Assembly (NCBI GenBank): GCA_965226795.1
Contig: CBDDDZ010000004.1
Coordinates: forward strand, 288,001-352,000
Source: Candidatus Latescibacterota bacterium
Lineage (GTDB): Bacteria; Latescibacterota; UBA2968; GCA-2709665
Length of the DNA: 64,000 nucleotides
Direction: 5' to 3'
Under the pieces are notes generated by a model. It was not told where the DNA came from, searched no databases, and saw nothing but the letters and a program-made list of their open reading frames with translations. Below are positions 59,618-64,000 of this stretch, in pieces. The position numbers and the translations under genes are program-made. The number at the start of each line of letters is the position of its first letter. The stretch's first letter is position 1.

Positions 59618-61192
59618 TCACATCCGCCCATTGGAGATTTTTTCTCGGCGCGTTTCGTCCCGGAGTCCTTTCCAGAGGCAGACCGCCATTGCCACCAGGA
59701 CGATGGCGAACGGCAAACCGGTTGCCAGAGAGGCGGCCTGCAACGCCTCCAATCCTCCGCCAAGCAGGAGCGCGATCGCCACCAACCCCTCGATTGTACA
59801 CCAGAAAACGCGCTGCGCTACCGGCGCGTCAACCCGGCCGCCGGCCGCGATCGTGTCGATGATGAGCGATCCCGAGTCCGACGACGTCACAAAAAAGACG
59901 ATGGTCAGAAGCATCGCGACAGATGAAAGTAGCGTCGACATCGGGAGTTCGTCAAACATTTTAAACAATGCAATTTCAAGCTTCCACGCCTCGACATTCT
60001 CGGTAACGCCGGTATAGCCCTCAACGATGTGCTGGTGGAACGCGGTGCCGCCAAAGGCGCCGAACCACAACAGACACAGCAGTGTGGGCACCAGCAACAC
60101 GAAGACAACGAATTCGCGTACCGTACGCCCCTTTGAAACTCGGGCGATAAACGTGCCCACGAACGGCGCCCATGCAAACCACCAGGCAAAATAAAAGGTC
60201 GTCCAGTTCTGCACGAAACCGGTATCCTCGCGCCCGATCCAGTTGCTGAGGGGGCCTATGTTCGCCACGTAGCTGCCAACCCCGGCAACGATACTGCTGA
60301 TCGCGTAACCTGTCGGCCCGAGCAGAATCACGGCCAGCAGCAACAGAAGCGCGAGTATGACGTTGAACTGGCTCAGACGCTTGATACCCACATTGATACC
60401 GGTCAGTACGGATGTCATCGCGATGGCCGTGATGACGACGATCAAGACAACCATGGTCGTGTTGTTCGCGGGAATATTGAATACATAATCGAATCCGGAC
60501 GACACCTGTCGAACCCCAAGACCGAGAGAGGTTGCAAGCCCGAACAACCCCGCAAATATGGCAAACGTGTCAATGACGTGTCCCGGCCAGCCCCAGATAC
60601 GGTCGCCAAACAGGGGGTGGAAAGCCGAGCGGATCGTGAGCGGCAATCCGCGGTTGTACGCGAAGTATCCGAGCGCGAGACCCACAACCCCGTAGATCGC
60701 CCAGCCGTGGAGCCCCCAGTGAAACGCCGTGGCGGCGATACCAGCGATGGCGGCCTCCTCCGTTCCCGGAGCAATGCCCAGCGGCGGGCTCTTGAAGTAA
60801 TAGACCGGCTCCGCCACCCCAAAAAACAGCAGACCGATGCCCACGCCGGCCGCGAAAAGCATGGCAAGCCAGGTTGAATTGGAGTATTCCGGTTTCGCGT
60901 GAGCCCCTCCCAGACGCACCCTTCCAAGCGGCGATATGGCGACATAAAGGCAGAACAACAGGATGAGATCGGCGGAGATAATGAAAAACCAATCCAGATT
61001 CGTGGTAAGCCATACACGGGCTGCCTTGAAAACTTCCGTCGCGGTTTCCCGGAAAACAAGCGACCCGATGACAAAGGTGACAATGGTGATACTGGAAATC
61101 ACAAACACTGGCGTCAAATAGATTTCCAGACCGAACAGCCTGCGGTATTGCCGGACATCCGCTGGCGGCCGCTGTTTTCCCTCTGCAGACAT
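59618..61192 (-). CDS. BCCT family transporter (betaine/choline/carnitine)
   Basis: WLAMLFAAGVGIGLLFFGVAEP, FHWGLHGW, WTTFYFAWW.AWAPFVG, FFVTSSDSGS. Confidence 0.93.
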   Translation of the reverse strand: MSAEGKQRPPADVRQYRRLFGLEIYLTPVFVISSITIVTFVIGSLVFRETATEVFKAARVWLTTNLDWFFIISADLILLFCLYVAISPLGRVRLGGAHAKPEYSNSTWLAMLFAAGVGIGLLFFGVAEPVYYFKSPPLGIAPGTEEAAIAGIAATAFHWGLHGWAIYGVVGLALGYFAYNRGLPLTIRSAFHPLFGDRIWGWPGHVIDTFAIFAGLFGLATSLGLGVRQVSSGFDYVFNIPANNTTMVVLIVVITAIAMTSVLTGINVGIKRLSQFNVILALLLLLAVILLGPTGYAISSIVAGVGSYVANIGPLSNWIGREDTGFVQNWTTFYFAWWFAWAPFVGTFIARVSKGRTVREFVVFVLLVPTLLCLLWFGAFGGTAFHQHIVEGYTGVTENVEAWKLEIALFKMFDELPMSTLLSSVAMLLTIVFFVTSSDSGSLIIDTIAAGGRVDAPVAQRVFWCTIEGLVAIALLLGGGLEALQAASLATGLPFAIVLVAMAVCLWKGLRDETRREKISNGRM

Positions 61193-61290
61193 GCGGTTGT
61201 TTTCCTTGCGATTCTTTACAAAGCTACATCTAACCGGGAGTGTTGGCCCTGAAATATCGCGCCAATTCGTCGCGAAACCTTTCATTACTC

Positions 61291-61319
61291 TAATGTAAAC
61301 TATCTACTTTAATGTAAAC
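61291..61319. promoter_or_regulatory. Direct repeat TAATGTAAAC x2 upstream of the BCCT gene
   Basis: Copies at 61291-61300 and 61310-61319 in an AT-rich intergenic region. Confidence 0.4.
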
Positions 61320-61489
61320 CATTATTGGGGTACGTCAAGCCAAATGGAGGAGATCCTGTCCAACATTGCAGATGGCCAGTCGGTCCTGCGCGTCTGCCGC
61401 GCGGCGTCGCGGCTGGCCTCAGAGCGGGAACCCACGCAATCGGGTTTTCGCCAGTGATAGCGAGCAGCGTTGTCGAACATCATTGACGA

Positions 61490-62804
61490 TCAGATTTCAC
61501 GGGTCTCGCCGACACGGGTCAGCGCCTGCTTCATCGCTATAGGGCCGATCATCCGATTCACGGCGATGACCGCGACGATCACAGTCACGAAGGCCTCACC
61601 CCAGCCCGGAAAGCGCCGGGTGACCTCCAGGGCCAGTCCCAGGCTGACGCCGGCCTGCGTCAGATAGGCCATGCCGGCAATACGGTTGAAGCGCGGCGGG
61701 GCGCCGCCGAGGCGTCCGCCGGCGTACGCGCTCAGGTAGATGGCAGCGGCTCTGACGCCGACGAGCAGAAGCGCGATGGTCCAGGTCTGCATCAGCGCGT
61801 CCAGGTTCAGTCCCGCTCCCGCCAGCGTGAAAAAGAGTACGTATACGGGAAGGCTGACGGACTCGATCGCCTCTATGAAATGAGGACCCTGGCGGGAGAC
61901 GTTCTGCACGGTGAAGCCCGCGGTAACGCAGATCAGCAGGGATTCCAGGTGAATCGTGAGGTTATAACCCTCTTTGAGATATGCGGGAACACCGTGGGAG
62001 ATGCTGGTTACCATCAGAGCCGTGCCCAGCAGGAGAAGTGGAAGATTCGCCCGCACCCGGTCGATATAATAGCCCATTGCCAGCCCCACGGCCACGCCCG
62101 CACCGATACCCAGGAGGACTTCGACACTCAGGCCGGCAATGAATCCGGGATCCAGGGCGGCGGCGGGAGACATCACGACTTCACAGAAGGAAATCGCTGC
62201 CGCAAAAAGCACGATGACGAAAACATCCATTGCGACCGTGACGCCGAGTGCGGTCTCCGTGAAGGGACCCAGTGCCCGGGTTTCGTTGATAATGGCGATC
62301 GCGCTGGACGGCGACCGCGCTACGGCAAGTACCCCGAAGAGCATGCCCACCGCCAGCACCTGGAGACTCGAAAAGGCGGCGGTGAACGGAAGCTGTGATC
62401 GCGTAAACCAAACGAACATGGTGACAATGGAAAAGACGATGGCTGTGAGCGAAAGTATCGTAAAGAGGATGACTTTCATCCGGTCCTTCAGATCGGCAAC
62501 CCGCAGTTCGCCGCCTGCCGCCAGTGCGATGAAGGTAACCGCCAGTTCGTTCAGAAAACCGAGTTGGCCGACGGCTTCTCTCGTGAGGAAGCCCAAAAGA
62601 TACGGTCCCGTGAGCATGCCCACGCAGAGGTATCCGGTGATCCGTGGCAGGCCAGCCTGGAAAGGACATGGCCAGCCACATGGCCGGAGAGCAGAAGCAG
62701 CCCCACAACAAGGGTGGTGTAAGCCCCGGAGCGTCGCCGGGAGGGGCTGCTCCGGCCCACGCCATGAGAAAACTCAGGGCCGCAAAGACGAGAATTAGCC
62801 TCAC
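61490..62804 (-). pseudogene. Cation:proton antiporter (CPA2-like), two single-base frameshifts near 62725 and 62652
   Basis: Restoring one G at each site gives ...YTTLVVGLLLLSGHV...LGLPRITGYLCVGMLTGP joined to IALAAGGEL, SPSSAIAII.E, FFTLAGA, QAGVSLGLA. Confidence 0.8.
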
Positions 62805-63699
62805 GGGATTTTTTCCAGCAGGCGCCCACCAGGATGAGAAAGAGGATATAGATGGAGTGCTCGCCCCTCATGAGGACATTGCGAATGCCGGCTCTCGCAC
62901 GGCCCCTTGCCAGGTTGGCGACAACAACGCCGGCGATGAGGTTGACGAGGAGGGGAGATAGGCTGAGGTACAGCGCGAGTCCGCCGGAGAACGTAATGGC
63001 GCCCATGACAACCAGGAGCATTTCTTCGTTCTTGAGACGGTAGGCGGTGAGCGCAACGACCAGCAGACCAACGGTGAGTCCGAGCCCGGCAGAGACGCCG
63101 ATTCAGACAATTGTGGATGTGCCGGCGTGTAATACGGCCAGGCATGAAATGAGACCGAAAGCGGTCAGGCCAACGAGGTCATCGATATTCGAGACGTTCC
63201 TGAGAAGCCGCATCAGGGGCCGCGCGGAAGACCGCGTATTCCGGGCAAATAGCGTCAGACCGCTGGATGCCGTACCCGATGCCGCGGCGGCCACGGTGAC
63301 GGCGCCGATCAGCAACATGCCCGTTTTGTGCGAAAAAAGGACGCGGAACAGCAGGAAAAAGGGAACAGCGACTACGAAGACGGTGATCAGGCTCTGGACG
63401 AGCGCAATGCCGAAGACCCGTTGGGGAATATGGCTCAACCGTCGAAACTCCCACTGAATGCCGAAGAGCATACCGATCCATGAGAGACCCATGCCCATAA
63501 ATGGATAGAGGCCGTCGAGCGTCGGTGCGTCGAGCAGGTCAAGCGCGGCGCCGCCGAGAAGAAGGCCGACCAGGATGTATTCTATACCGGTGAGAAAGAG
63601 ATGTCTGAGACCCAGTGGCAGGCGGATTTGGACGAAGCTGAGGCGGGAACCGACGAAGGCGATGACGACGATCAGGATGGCGGCGGAAACCAGTTTCAT
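62801..63699 (-). pseudogene. Cation:proton antiporter-like membrane protein, in-frame TGA at 63103-63105 and C-terminal truncation
   Basis: MKLVSA...WIGMLFG..IDD..; TIV*IGVSAG...LSPLLVNLIAGVVVAN continues in frame; the antiporter-like sequence ends at the next gene's start. Confidence 0.7.
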
Positions 63700-64000
63700 G
63701 GAGGTTCTCCGCTGTCCGGACCCAGGCAGAAATCGACGGGCAACAGAAAGAGTCTGCCGACGCCGGGCTGCGTGAAGTCGACACCCGTTTCTCTGAAGAG
63801 CCGGATGAGGGGGTCGAGCATGGTGCGATCCTTAACGGGTACGGCGATGGCGCTGGAACGACCGGGTCCGGCCTGAAGCAACCCCGCGAAAATGGGCACA
63901 TCCTCGGAAAGGATCCGCTCCATGGCGGTTCCATCCAGAACGGTTGCACCGGTAATTTCCATTTCCACGAGACCGGAAAGAACCTCGTCGAGGAGGTCCT
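63696..64000 (-). CDS. P-II-like small domain protein, 5'-partial
   Basis: DLLDEVLSGLVEMEITGATVLDG..MERIL..VPIFAGL...PGVGRLFLLPVD. Confidence 0.55.
   Translation of the reverse strand, partial: DLLDEVLSGLVEMEITGATVLDGTAMERILSEDVPIFAGLLQAGPGRSSAIAVPVKDRTMLDPLIRLFRETGVDFTQPGVGRLFLLPVDFCLGPDSGEPP

Noticed and set aside
58248..60017. 589-aa plus-strand ORF and similar long antisense ORFs (e.g. 10787-11791, 47741-48925)
   Set aside because: Shadow ORFs opposite well-supported genes in GC-rich DNA, with no recognisable motifs.
63103..63105. In-frame TGA as a second selenocysteine
   Set aside because: It lies in a TM segment with no redox motif or evident SECIS, the gene is also truncated, and TGG-to-TGA is the simpler explanation.

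Overview
GC-rich bacterial window, mostly encoded on the minus strand. From left to right: (i) a B12-dependent glutamate/methylaspartate mutase operon (glmS-glmL-glmE, with glmE running off the window) and a DegT-type aminotransferase. (ii) A ~13.5 kb secreted-peptide locus: four small genes with strong RBSs encode double-glycine-leader precursors, three of them mis-started in the ORF track. They are followed by five CPBP/Abi intramembrane protease paralogs (three in an exact 981-bp tandem triplication), a DUF3267-like zincin, a cNMP/C39-peptidase ABC exporter, a HlyD adaptor and a PpiC-like chaperone. No tailoring enzyme is present. (iii) A RAYT remnant between inverted REP-like hairpins, then accessory genes. 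(iv) An ~18 kb accessory/defence block that separates an ABC ATPase-permease pair from its usual AttH/CrtC-like partner. It includes a 9.5 kb integrase-free island bounded by a perfect 87-bp direct repeat, holding disrupted type III-like Mod and Res genes around an intact HD-phosphohydrolase/YwgA-like pair. It also includes a SMODS nucleotidyltransferase + S-4TM (CBASS-like) pair beside an XRE-ImmA/PIN pair, plus WD40 and pentapeptide genes. (v) A selenocysteine-containing selD with in-frame UGA and SECIS hairpin, trmB, fetAB, dCMP deaminase, a TonB-dependent receptor, a BCCT transporter and two degraded cation:proton antiporters. All family assignments come from motif recognition by eye; no database search was run.
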